DNA from: Thermodesulfobacteriota bacterium
Lineage (GTDB): Bacteria; Desulfobacterota; Syntrophorhabdia; Syntrophorhabdales; JANXAF01
Length of the DNA: 64,000 nucleotides
Reading direction: 5' to 3'
NCBI GenBank assembly: GCA_025062045.1
Contig: JANXAF010000008.1
Location: 13,975-77,974, forward strand
Shown: positions 37,064-45,574 of the stretch, piece after piece
Layout: each line of letters opens with the position of its first letter
Position numbering within the stretch: the first letter of the stretch is position 1
Notes under the pieces: model-generated
Database searches by the model: none
What the model saw: the letters and a program-made list of their open reading frames with translations, nothing else
Told to the model about the DNA's origin: nothing
Translations under genes and position numbers: made by a program

Positions 37064-38000
37064 CTATGAACGCCGCACCCAAAATGCCGGCACGGTCGCC
37101 AAGTTTAGAAATTTCGATGGAGAGATGTCTTTTGCTTTCGAACATGGCCTTTTCTTCAAAAACCCTCTTTGCTTCCGAAACGAGCCTTTTTGTCCCATCT
37201 ATAACACCCCCCCCAAGAATTATCAATTCTGGGTTAAAAATATTCGCTATGTTGACCAAGGCGAAGCCTAAATAGACTATAACCTCTTCCCAGATGTTTT
37301 TTAAGATTTCATCTCCAAGATAATAACCTTCCTCAACATAGGATACATAGAGCTTACCATTCCTTATCATTTCCCATATTTTGCCTTTTGGACTCCCATC
37401 TAAAATCCTGCGAACCCTTTGCAATATGTAATCTCCTCCGCATATGGCTTCGAAACATCCTCTGGAACCGCAGTTGCATGGGTATTTGTCAGGATTTAAA
37501 ATCATATGCCCGATCTCTCCTGCGAGAGATTTGGAGCCTCGGTACAGCCTTCCGTCTATGATAATGCCTCCCCCGACCCCAGTACCTATAAAGATACCAA
37601 CAACGTTTTTCGGCTTTCCCGAAAAAGAGAATCTCCATTCTCCGTATGTTGCAGCATTTGCATCATTTTCAACGTAAGTTTCTACGGAAAAAAAAGACTC
37701 AAAATCGGTCTTCAGAGGTATATCGCGCCATCCAAGGTTTGGCGAAAATTTCACTATCCCTTTTTCCGTGTCTATCTGTCCGGCACAAGCAATCCCTATT
37801 TTTTTTATGTCTTTGATCTTTATCCCTTTTTCCGAAACAACCCTAACTATGGAACTTAACATTTTATCCTTTAGGTATTCGTAATCTTTTTCAGTTCCAA
37901 TCTTTTCAAAAAATACTAGCTTTCCCGCCTCGTCGAAAAACCCAAAGCTTGTCTTGGTTCCTCCTATGTCGATCCCGATCCTTACACCGCCATGGACCAT
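37047..38000 (-). CDS. ROK-family sugar kinase (glucokinase-like)
   Basis: 317 aa with IGIDIGGTKT, the GTGVGGGIIIDG motif and the ROK zinc motif GHMILNP...CNCGSRGCFE. Confidence 0.85.
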   Translation of the reverse strand: MVHGGVRIGIDIGGTKTSFGFFDEAGKLVFFEKIGTEKDYEYLKDKMLSSIVRVVSEKGIKIKDIKKIGIACAGQIDTEKGIVKFSPNLGWRDIPLKTDFESFFSVETYVENDANAATYGEWRFSFSGKPKNVVGIFIGTGVGGGIIIDGRLYRGSKSLAGEIGHMILNPDKYPCNCGSRGCFEAICGGDYILQRVRRILDGSPKGKIWEMIRNGKLYVSYVEEGYYLGDEILKNIWEEVIVYLGFALVNIANIFNPELIILGGGVIDGTKRLVSEAKRVFEEKAMFESKRHLSIEISKLGDRAGILGAAFIDGTIG

Positions 38001-38024
38001 TTGGCCGATTCCAGTAACTTTAAA

Positions 38025-38053
38025 TTGACAGGTGAGAACTTGTTTAATAATAT
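38025..38053 (+). promoter_or_regulatory. Near-consensus promoter abutting the LOG-family gene start (leaderless geometry)
   Basis: TTGACA (38025..38030), 17 nt, TAATAT (38048..38053), 6 nt, ATG at 38060. Confidence 0.5.
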
Positions 38054-38059
38054 AACGCC

Positions 38060-38746
38060 ATGTCCAAAAATCTCAAGCCAAAAGGGGCAACTCAGATGGA
38101 AAAGCAATTTTTGATCGATGAAATAACTCTTCGAGACACATGGAGGCTTTTCAGAATCATGGCGGAGTTTGTCGAAGGGTTCGAAAATCTTTCAGATATA
38201 TACCCGGCAGTCAGTATTTTCGGAAGCGCCAGGTGCAAGAAGGATGACCCTCTTTACGCCAAGACCTACCAGCTTGCAAGGTCCTTGGGAAGAAATGGCT
38301 TTAACATAATAACTGGCGGCGGTGGAGGAGTAATGGAGGCTGCAAATAAGGGGGCAAGGGATGCAGGTGTAAAATCCGTAGGCCTAAACATAGAACTGCC
38401 CCTTGAGCAAAAACCCAATCCTTATGCTAACATTAAGCTGAATTTCAGGTACTTCTTCGTAAGAAAGGTTATGTTTATCAAGTATGCTATAGGCTACATA
38501 ATAATGCCCGGTGGCTTCGGAACCCTAGATGAATGCTTTGAAGCTATAACCCTTATCCAGACGAAAAAGGTAAAACCGTTTCCAGTTGTACTTGTAGACT
38601 CGGAATATTGGGCGGGCCTTGTGGAGTGGATCAAAAACAAACTTTTGGGCTCCGGTGCTATATGTCCTGAAGACTTAAATATTTTTACCGTCATGGACGA
38701 CATAGATGAAATTGTTGCTTACATTAAGAAATTCATAATTCTTTGA
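38060..38746 (+). CDS. LOG-family (TIGR00730-type) Rossmann-fold nucleotide N-ribohydrolase
   Basis: 228 aa with the GGGGGVMEAANKGA and PGGFGTLDE motifs. An alternative internal start is the ATG at 38099 (MEKQF), preceded by AAGGGG. Confidence 0.85.
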   Translation: MSKNLKPKGATQMEKQFLIDEITLRDTWRLFRIMAEFVEGFENLSDIYPAVSIFGSARCKKDDPLYAKTYQLARSLGRNGFNIITGGGGGVMEAANKGARDAGVKSVGLNIELPLEQKPNPYANIKLNFRYFFVRKVMFIKYAIGYIIMPGGFGTLDECFEAITLIQTKKVKPFPVVLVDSEYWAGLVEWIKNKLLGSGAICPEDLNIFTVMDDIDEIVAYIKKFIIL

Positions 38747-39485
38747 CCTTTCTTGCAAATATGAGGTAGCCTGTGTGTGCCACCATTCTGTCGACCGGTC
38801 TTATCCTTTCCGGAACAGTTTTATAAGGTCTGATAAGTATCTCCAATACTTCAATATTTGCAAATCCGCGTTCCAGTCCCTTCAAGGTTTCAGAGATCTG
38901 GTTGGCTGTCGGAACTATAGTTCCTACAACACCGCTCGGTTTTAAGACTTCCCAGATTTTTTCGGTATATAGCCAAGGCTCCCTGACATCGATAAAACAC
39001 GCATCGAATTCATCCCCCTTAATAGAGTCTACATCTCCAAGTATTAGATCCACGTTCGCTAGCTCTCCGAAAGATTCGAGATTTTTTTTCAAATTTTTGT
39101 AATGCCTCTCTTCCCTCTCTAGGCTCACAACCTTTCCCTCCTTACCGCACGCACGGGAAAACACAAGGGTGAGACCTCCGCTTCCAGCTCCTATTTCTAA
39201 TACTTTCGAACCATTTTTCAGGTTCAATTTGAGGCATACATAGGCACTGTCTTTCGGATAAACAATCTGCGTCTCCCTCCTTAGTCCCAGCATGATGACG
39301 TCTTCTAAAGTCGGTTCTAAAATCGCATACTCCCCGTATTTAAAACCAAATTCCTTGCCTATTAGCTCGTCGTATGACAATCTTCCACCCTTTCCAAAGT
39401 AGGATTCCCCCTTTTTTACTCGCTTTAGGTATCTTCTGTCATTATGGACGATTAGGACATACGTGCCGTCTTCGATCTTGGGCAT
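38733..39485 (-). CDS. trmI: tRNA (adenine-N1)-methyltransferase (TrmI/GCD14 family)
   Basis: Contains VLEIGAGSGGLT (SAM motif), FDACFIDVREPW and the C-terminal HTGYLIFARK. The track ORF extends to 39593 across the divergent promoter and the response-regulator start, but the ATG at 39485 (MPKIEDGTYV) fits the family N-terminus. Confidence 0.8.
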   Translation of the reverse strand: MPKIEDGTYVLIVHNDRRYLKRVKKGESYFGKGGRLSYDELIGKEFGFKYGEYAILEPTLEDVIMLGLRRETQIVYPKDSAYVCLKLNLKNGSKVLEIGAGSGGLTLVFSRACGKEGKVVSLEREERHYKNLKKNLESFGELANVDLILGDVDSIKGDEFDACFIDVREPWLYTEKIWEVLKPSGVVGTIVPTANQISETLKGLERGFANIEVLEILIRPYKTVPERIRPVDRMVAHTGYLIFARKVKEL

Positions 39486-39530
39486 TGCGTAAAAAGTATT
39501 CAGAATCTTTAAGATTTTTTCAACGGAAAA

Positions 39531-39539
39531 TGCTATAAT
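39531..39539 (+). promoter_or_regulatory. Extended -10 element (TGcTATAAT) abutting the response-regulator start
   Basis: TGCTATAAT at 39531..39539, 7 nt, GTG at 39547. No SD and no in-frame ATG upstream before a stop. Confidence 0.4.
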
Positions 39540-39546
39540 AACCTTT

Positions 39547-40218
39547 GTGGAAGTCCTTCTCATCGAAGATGAGGAAAAGCTTTTAGACTTCATGAAGAAA
39601 GGGCTCGAAGAAGAAGGTTATGCAGTGGATGTCGCACTTGACGGCAAATCAGGTCTCGAACTGATCCTTAAAAAGAACTACGACATAATATTACTTGACC
39701 TCATGATTCCCGAAATAGACGGGCTTGAGCTTCTAAGAATCGTAAGAGCACAAGGTGTCGATACGCCTGTCCTAATAATTACCGCAAGGACTTCAAAGGA
39801 GGACATAGTGAGGGGACTTGATTTAGGAAGCGATGACTATCTTACGAAACCTTTTTCGTTCGACGAGTTACTTGCGAGGATGAGGGCTCTCCTTCGGAGG
39901 AGTAAATCGAAGGATTCACGGATTATGGAGTACAAAGAACTTAAGCTCGATCCTTACACGAGAAAACTCATGGTTTCCTCGAAGGATGTGGATCTTACCG
40001 AAAAGGAATTTATGATTTTGGAATACATGTTCAGACATAGAGAAAGACCATTGACGAGGGAAGAGATTGGAGCGTATGTGTGGGGAGGGAAGATCGATTC
40101 CACAAACATTGTGGATGTGTACGTAAATTTTTTGAGGAAGAAGATGGAAAAGCTTTCAAAGAAAAGGTACATCCAAACCATAAGAGGAACTGGATACATT
40201 CTCAAGGATGAAAATTAA
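39547..40218 (+). CDS. OmpR/PhoB-family DNA-binding response regulator
   Basis: 223 aa with a receiver domain (LLIEDEE, ILLDLMIP, ITART, YLTKPF) and a winged-helix domain (IQTIRGTGYIL). Confidence 0.9.
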   Translation: MEVLLIEDEEKLLDFMKKGLEEEGYAVDVALDGKSGLELILKKNYDIILLDLMIPEIDGLELLRIVRAQGVDTPVLIITARTSKEDIVRGLDLGSDDYLTKPFSFDELLARMRALLRRSKSKDSRIMEYKELKLDPYTRKLMVSSKDVDLTEKEFMILEYMFRHRERPLTREEIGAYVWGGKIDSTNIVDVYVNFLRKKMEKLSKKRYIQTIRGTGYILKDEN

Positions 40219-41617
40219 AGGTGTAGTGCTACCCATCAAATGGAAGTTAGCTCTCTGGTACGGATCGATCCTCGGTCTTGTTCTTATAGCTTTTTCTGTA
40301 TGGGTGTACGTTTACTATAAGACTAGTCTAGAGCAAAGCATAGACAGAAAGCTCAAGTCAATTGCGGATGTTCTTTCCTCATCTATAGTCGATACGAGCG
40401 CACCCACAATTTTTGGAAACTTCGAGAGTTATCTTGAGAACATTTTTGGAAGAAAACCGAAAGGTAAAGTTATCCAGATACTCGACGCATCAGGAAAGAT
40501 TGGTGCCCAGATGAGCGACCTTGAAACTCAAACATTGCCGATAAGTTACAAATCTTTAGAGAAGGCTCTTTCGGGAATAGCAACGTACGAAACAATAGGG
40601 GAGAAAGGCTCAAGGTTACGAATCATAACACTTCCTATAATCGAAAATGGCAAAGTAGTTAGCATAGTACAGGTTGGTACCTCTCTCGAAGATTACTATG
40701 AGTCGCTTTCGAAGCTTATTGTTGTCATGGCCATCAGTATCCCAAGTGCCCTAATTTTCACTTTGATAGGTGGATATTTTTTGGCAAAGAAAAGCCTAAG
40801 ACCAGTAGACCAGATAAGAAAGGCAGCTATAAAGATATCTTCTAGTAATCTCGATGAAAAGATAGATGTGGGTGGCAGAAGGGACGAGCTAGGTAAGCTC
40901 GCAGAGACGTTTAACGAGATGATAGAGAGGCTGAGGGATTCTTTTCAAAGGATAAACCAGTTTAGTCTAGACGTCTCCCACGAGCTTAAAACACCGCTTG
41001 CGATAATGAAAGGAGAAACAGAAGTGGCGCTTAGGAAGGAAAGGGACAAAGAGGAGTACCAAAGGATACTAAGAAGCAATCTCGAGGAGATAGACAGGAT
41101 GACAAAGATAATAGACGATCTGCTTTTCCTTTCCAAAGCTGAGACTAACAATTTGCCTTTAGTTAAAGAACCTGTTGCACTTCACGATCTCATAACGGAT
41201 GTGTGCCTCGACATGAAAAGTTACGCTGAGGAGAAGGGGGTCAATCTGGAGATAGGGTACTTGGAAGATGTGAGTATCTTGGGAGATGAACTGAAATTGA
41301 GAAGGATGCTTGTAAATATCATCGACAACGGAATAAAGTACACTAACCCCGGAGGAAAGGTGGAAGTAACGAGTTACGTGGAAAATGGATACGCCCGGAT
41401 AGATGTAAAGGACACTGGAATAGGCATAAGCGAAACAGACATTAAATACATTTTTGATCGGTTCTACAGGGCTGATAAGTCGAGAAGGAGAGAGTCTGGA
41501 ACAGGACTCGGCCTTTCTATAAGCAAGTGGATCGCCGAGGCCCACAACGGTATGATCGAGGTTAAAAGCACACCTCGTCTCGGAAGCACCTTCTCGGTCA
41601 GACTACCCATTGGGTAA
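40208..41617 (+). CDS. Sensor histidine kinase (2 TM, periplasmic loop, HAMP, HisKA, HATPase_c)
   Basis: 469 aa with H-box SHELKTPL, N-box DNGIKYT and G-boxes DTGIGI and GTGLGLS. Overlaps the response-regulator stop. Confidence 0.9.
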   Translation: MKIKGVVLPIKWKLALWYGSILGLVLIAFSVWVYVYYKTSLEQSIDRKLKSIADVLSSSIVDTSAPTIFGNFESYLENIFGRKPKGKVIQILDASGKIGAQMSDLETQTLPISYKSLEKALSGIATYETIGEKGSRLRIITLPIIENGKVVSIVQVGTSLEDYYESLSKLIVVMAISIPSALIFTLIGGYFLAKKSLRPVDQIRKAAIKISSSNLDEKIDVGGRRDELGKLAETFNEMIERLRDSFQRINQFSLDVSHELKTPLAIMKGETEVALRKERDKEEYQRILRSNLEEIDRMTKIIDDLLFLSKAETNNLPLVKEPVALHDLITDVCLDMKSYAEEKGVNLEIGYLEDVSILGDELKLRRMLVNIIDNGIKYTNPGGKVEVTSYVENGYARIDVKDTGIGISETDIKYIFDRFYRADKSRRRESGTGLGLSISKWIAEAHNGMIEVKSTPRLGSTFSVRLPIG

Positions 41618-41635
41618 AATAAGGAGGAGCGCCAA

Positions 41636-43093
41636 ATGAGGCTAAAGAGACCTTATCTCATTTTGGTTTTGGTTTTAGGCTGTATTTTCCTTCTAGCCTA
41701 TATGAAGGACAGGGTGGTCTCTCGGGATGTAAGTTTAGAACTTGTGAAAGCTCAGACGGGACTATCTCCAGCAGAAAGGTCTCTCCCCAATTTTACTGAG
41801 CTTGTGAAGAAAGTTAAACCTTCCGTTGTTAATATAAGCACAACAACCATAGTCAGAGGACCCGATCTGAGAGAGTGGTTTTTTGGAAGGAGAAGCCCGT
41901 TCGATGACTTTTTCGGCGATTATTTTGAAAGGTTCTTCGGGGATATTCCTCAGAGAGAATACAAGCAGAGAAGCCTCGGATCCGGTTTTATAATCGATAA
42001 AGAAGGATACATTCTCACGAATAATCACGTAGTTGAAAGAGCACAAACAATAAAGGTGAAACTATACGATTCTCGAGAATACGATGCCATTGTTGTAGGA
42101 CGAGACCCAAAGACGGACATAGCCCTCATAAAGATAAATCCTCGCCAGGATCTTCCAGTTGCAGTTTTAGGAGATTCAGACAAGCTTGAAGTAGGCGAGT
42201 GGGTAATCGCTATCGGTAATCCCTTCGGGCTTGAACATACGGTCACAGCTGGCATAGTAAGCGCAAAAGGGAGGGTCATAGGTCAAGGACCATACGATGA
42301 TTTTATCCAAACGGACGCATCAATCAATCCAGGAAATAGCGGAGGCCCTCTTTTTAACCTCAGAGGAGAGGTGGTGGGTATAAATACGGCCATCATATCT
42401 GGAGGCCAGGGTATCGGTTTTGCCATTCCTATAAATCTGGCTAAAGGAATTGTGGAACAGCTTAAAACAAGAAAGAGGGTAGTAAGAGGTTGGCTTGGAG
42501 TTAGCATCCAGAGAGTCACACCAGAGATAGCAAAGACATTCGGCTTGAAAGAACCGGGTGGCGCACTTGTAGCCCAGGTTGAAGAAGGGTCGCCTGCTGA
42601 TCTGGCAGGAATTAAACGGGGAGATATAATAGTCGAATACGATGGAAAACCTGTGGACATGGACACACTTCCTCGGCTTGTCGCTTCAACTGAGGTCGGA
42701 AAGAAAGTGAAAATTAAAATCATAAGAGACGGCAAAACGATAGAAAAGGAAGTGATTATAGGAGAACAGAAAGATGAGCCCCAAAGGGCGTCTCGGCAAC
42801 CTGAAGTAGAGAAAAATTTGGGTCTTGTGGTCCAGGATCTGACACCTGAAATAGCAAGGCACCTAAATCTCAAGGAAAGAACCGGTGTGATAGTGACCGA
42901 TGTACAGGTAGGAAGTCCTGCGTATGAAGCGGATATAAGACGGGGCGACATAATAAAAGAGGTCAATAGAAAACAGATAAAGAATACCAGAGACTTCAAG
43001 GAGGCTATACGAAATGTGAACTTAAAAGAAGGGGTTGTCATGCTTTTGAACCGGCAAAATACTACGTTTTATGTGGTTGTCAAAGCAGATTAG
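41636..43093 (+). CDS. htrA: Do/DegP/HtrA-family periplasmic serine endoprotease with two PDZ domains
   Basis: 485 aa with a signal/anchor, the catalytic triad context (TNNHVV, DIALIK, GNSGGPL) and two PDZ-like repeats. Confidence 0.9.
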   Translation: MRLKRPYLILVLVLGCIFLLAYMKDRVVSRDVSLELVKAQTGLSPAERSLPNFTELVKKVKPSVVNISTTTIVRGPDLREWFFGRRSPFDDFFGDYFERFFGDIPQREYKQRSLGSGFIIDKEGYILTNNHVVERAQTIKVKLYDSREYDAIVVGRDPKTDIALIKINPRQDLPVAVLGDSDKLEVGEWVIAIGNPFGLEHTVTAGIVSAKGRVIGQGPYDDFIQTDASINPGNSGGPLFNLRGEVVGINTAIISGGQGIGFAIPINLAKGIVEQLKTRKRVVRGWLGVSIQRVTPEIAKTFGLKEPGGALVAQVEEGSPADLAGIKRGDIIVEYDGKPVDMDTLPRLVASTEVGKKVKIKIIRDGKTIEKEVIIGEQKDEPQRASRQPEVEKNLGLVVQDLTPEIARHLNLKERTGVIVTDVQVGSPAYEADIRRGDIIKEVNRKQIKNTRDFKEAIRNVNLKEGVVMLLNRQNTTFYVVVKAD

Positions 43094-43101
43094 GGGGCTT
43101 T

Positions 43102-44304
43102 ATGCCTGTGTATGAATGGGTCGGCAGGGCTATAAATGGGGAACCCCAAAGGGGTACGATGAGTGCCGATTCAGAACTTTCCCTCCGAATAGCTCTAAGA
43201 AAGGACGGGATTATACTCCTTAAAGCAACAGAAAAGAAGAAAAAAAAGGAGGACTATAACCCAAAGGCAAAGATAAACGTGATGGACATAGTCGTATTTA
43301 CTAGACAACTCTCAACGATGATCACTTCCGGTTTGACGCTAGTTCAGTCTTTGGACGTTTTAGCGAATCAGGCTGAAAATCGCAACCTAAAAGGCATAAT
43401 AAAGGAGATAAAGACAAAGATAGAAGAAGGGTCCTCCTTTGCAGAGGCTTTGAAGGACTACCCGCAGTGTTTCGACTCTTTGTACGTGAATCTCGTACGG
43501 GCAGGGGAAGAAGCAGGTATGATAGATACCGTCCTTTTGAGACTCGCAACGTATATGGAGAAGATCGCTAAGTTGAAAAAAAAGATCAAATCGGCGCTTA
43601 TATATCCCGCAAGCATAGTCACTGTTGCCATAGGGGTCGTAATGGTTCTCCTCGTTTTCGTTATTCCCGTATTTGAGACCATGTTCAGAGATGTTGGGGC
43701 AACCCTGCCTGCTCCGACTCAATTCGTTGTGAATCTTAGCAAATTTGTCAAAAGCTACATTTTGTACATCTTTGGCTTTTTGATCGTTTTGCTCTTTTCT
43801 TTTAAAAAGTATTATGCCACTGAGGACGGTAAACGGAAGATCGATAATCTCATTTTAAAGCTTCCGATCTTCGGAGTGCTAGCCATTAAAAGCTCGGTGG
43901 CTCGGGTCTCTAGAACCCTTGCGACTTTACTCTCGAGTGGCGTGCCTATCCTTGAAAGTTTAAACGTAGTTGCCAAGGTGGCGGGTAATAAAGTCGTGGA
44001 GGATGCTATCCTTACCGCAAAATCTCGCATAACTGAAGGGAAAAGCATGTCGGAACCGCTAGGTGAAAGCGGTGTCTTTCCCCCTATGGTTGTGCAGATG
44101 GTGGAAGTTGGGGAATCGACGGGTGCCCTGGACACTATGCTCAATAAAGTTGCTGACTTTTACGAGGATGATGTGGATAACATGATAGCGAATCTCATGA
44201 CGCTTATGGAACCAATAATTATGGTGTTTCTAGGTGTTGTCCTGGGTGGGCTTATTATCGCAATGTACTTACCAATTTTCCAGCTAGGTCAAACGATCAA
44301 ATAG
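43102..44304 (+). CDS. pilC: Type II secretion system F / type IV pilus platform protein (PilC/GspF family)
   Basis: 400 aa with a duplicated T2SF domain architecture and three TM segments. 8 nt after the htrA stop. Confidence 0.85.
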   Translation: MPVYEWVGRAINGEPQRGTMSADSELSLRIALRKDGIILLKATEKKKKKEDYNPKAKINVMDIVVFTRQLSTMITSGLTLVQSLDVLANQAENRNLKGIIKEIKTKIEEGSSFAEALKDYPQCFDSLYVNLVRAGEEAGMIDTVLLRLATYMEKIAKLKKKIKSALIYPASIVTVAIGVVMVLLVFVIPVFETMFRDVGATLPAPTQFVVNLSKFVKSYILYIFGFLIVLLFSFKKYYATEDGKRKIDNLILKLPIFGVLAIKSSVARVSRTLATLLSSGVPILESLNVVAKVAGNKVVEDAILTAKSRITEGKSMSEPLGESGVFPPMVVQMVEVGESTGALDTMLNKVADFYEDDVDNMIANLMTLMEPIIMVFLGVVLGGLIIAMYLPIFQLGQTIK

Positions 44305-45574
44305 ATGCTTTATAGGACTTCATCTCCGTTAGGGCTCGTTCTATTAGAGCTTCCTTTTTCTTTTTTGTATAGTCCTTTAAAAGTCCAAAGTTTATATTCA
44401 TAGGTTGGAAATCGGACCTTTTCTCTGTTATGTAAGCGATGAGTGCTCCAATACAGGTTGTGGACGGAGGCGGAGTAAATTCCTTTCCATCATAAAGAAA
44501 AGAGGCGGAAATACCCGCTATAATTCCCATTGCGGCTGCCTCCATATAACCTTCCACACCCGTTATCTGGCCCGCAAATAGAATCCTTTGATCTTTTTTA
44601 AGTCTTAGGGCTGGAGTTAGAAGTTCTGGGGAATTTATAAACGTGTTCCTATGTATGCTTCCGTATCTTAAAAATTTTGCGTTCCGCAACGCAGGAATGA
44701 GTCTAAAGACTCTTTCCTGCTCAGGATAGGTCATCTTTGTCTGAAATCCTACCATGTTGTACATGGACCCTTCCTTGTCCTCCCTGCGCAACTGCACGAC
44801 CGCGTAAGGCATTTTATTTGTTCTTGGGTCTTTTAATCCCACAGGCTTCATGGGACCGTAAAGCAAGGTTTTAATGCCCCTCTCCGCAAGAACTTCAATG
44901 GGAAGACATCCCTCAAAGTACGGAGTCTTTTCGAATTCTCTAAGCTCAACCTTTTTGGCGTTTATCAGCTCCCTATAGAATACCTCGTATTCCTCCTTTG
45001 AAAGAGGTAAGTTGAGATAGTCAGACTGATCTTTAGCGTACCTTGAACCAAAAAAAGCTTTCTCCATGTCTATTGTGGTTCCATCAACTATGGGAGAAAT
45101 AGCATCGAAGAAATGTAAATTCTCTTTCCCCGTAAGTTCGACGATTTTTTGTGTAAGGGCCTCAGATGTTAAAGGCCCCGTAGCAATGATGACTATACCT
45201 TCGGGGATATCGGTTATTTCCTCTCTCACTATTCTAATTAGCGGATTTTTTGAAATCTCCTCGGTTATTCTCTCCGCAAATCTCCATCTATCCACAACCA
45301 GAGCTTTTCCACCAGGAATCTCGGTCTCTTTTGCAATCTTTAAGACTATCGAGTCTAGGATGCTCATCTCCTCTTTTAGCAGGCCGTGAGCATCTTTTAT
45401 GTCCTTGGACTTAAATGAGTTACTACACACTATCTCGGCGAGAAACCCGCTCCTGTGGGCCGGTGTCATTTTTTTTGGCCTCATCTCATAAAGAATGACC
45501 TCCTTTTTTCTCTTCGCTATCTGGTAAGCTGCCTCGACCCCGGCAAGTCCACCACCTATGACTCTGATTGCCAA
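44297..45574 (-). CDS. trmFO: Methylenetetrahydrofolate--tRNA-(uracil54-C5)-methyltransferase (FADH2-oxidizing)
   Basis: 425 aa with N-terminus VIGGGLAGVEAAYQ, internal NSFKS and GQITGVEGYMEAAAMG. Confidence 0.9.
   Translation of the reverse strand: MAIRVIGGGLAGVEAAYQIAKRKKEVILYEMRPKKMTPAHRSGFLAEIVCSNSFKSKDIKDAHGLLKEEMSILDSIVLKIAKETEIPGGKALVVDRWRFAERITEEISKNPLIRIVREEITDIPEGIVIIATGPLTSEALTQKIVELTGKENLHFFDAISPIVDGTTIDMEKAFFGSRYAKDQSDYLNLPLSKEEYEVFYRELINAKKVELREFEKTPYFEGCLPIEVLAERGIKTLLYGPMKPVGLKDPRTNKMPYAVVQLRREDKEGSMYNMVGFQTKMTYPEQERVFRLIPALRNAKFLRYGSIHRNTFINSPELLTPALRLKKDQRILFAGQITGVEGYMEAAAMGIIAGISASFLYDGKEFTPPPSTTCIGALIAYITEKRSDFQPMNINFGLLKDYTKKKKEALIERALTEMKSYKASI

Noticed and set aside
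39486-39593. N-terminal extension of the trmI ORF running across the divergent promoter into the response-regulator gene
   Set aside because: TrmI-family similarity starts at the ATG at 39485. The extension is Ser-rich and would overlap the regulator's start and its TGCTATAAT element.
42283-43041. 252-aa ORF antisense to htrA
   Set aside because: It lies fully inside a confidently identified protease gene on the other strand. Its composition is Ser/Thr/Pro/Phe-rich and low in complexity, as expected for the reverse frame of a K/E/G-rich gene. It has no start context and no recognisable motif.
43240-43247. A8 homopolymer inside pilC as a possible slipped-strand phase-variation switch
   Set aside because: It simply encodes a Lys run (EKKKKKED) in a linker. 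Runs of similar length occur in other K-rich genes here, and there is no evidence of frame disruption.
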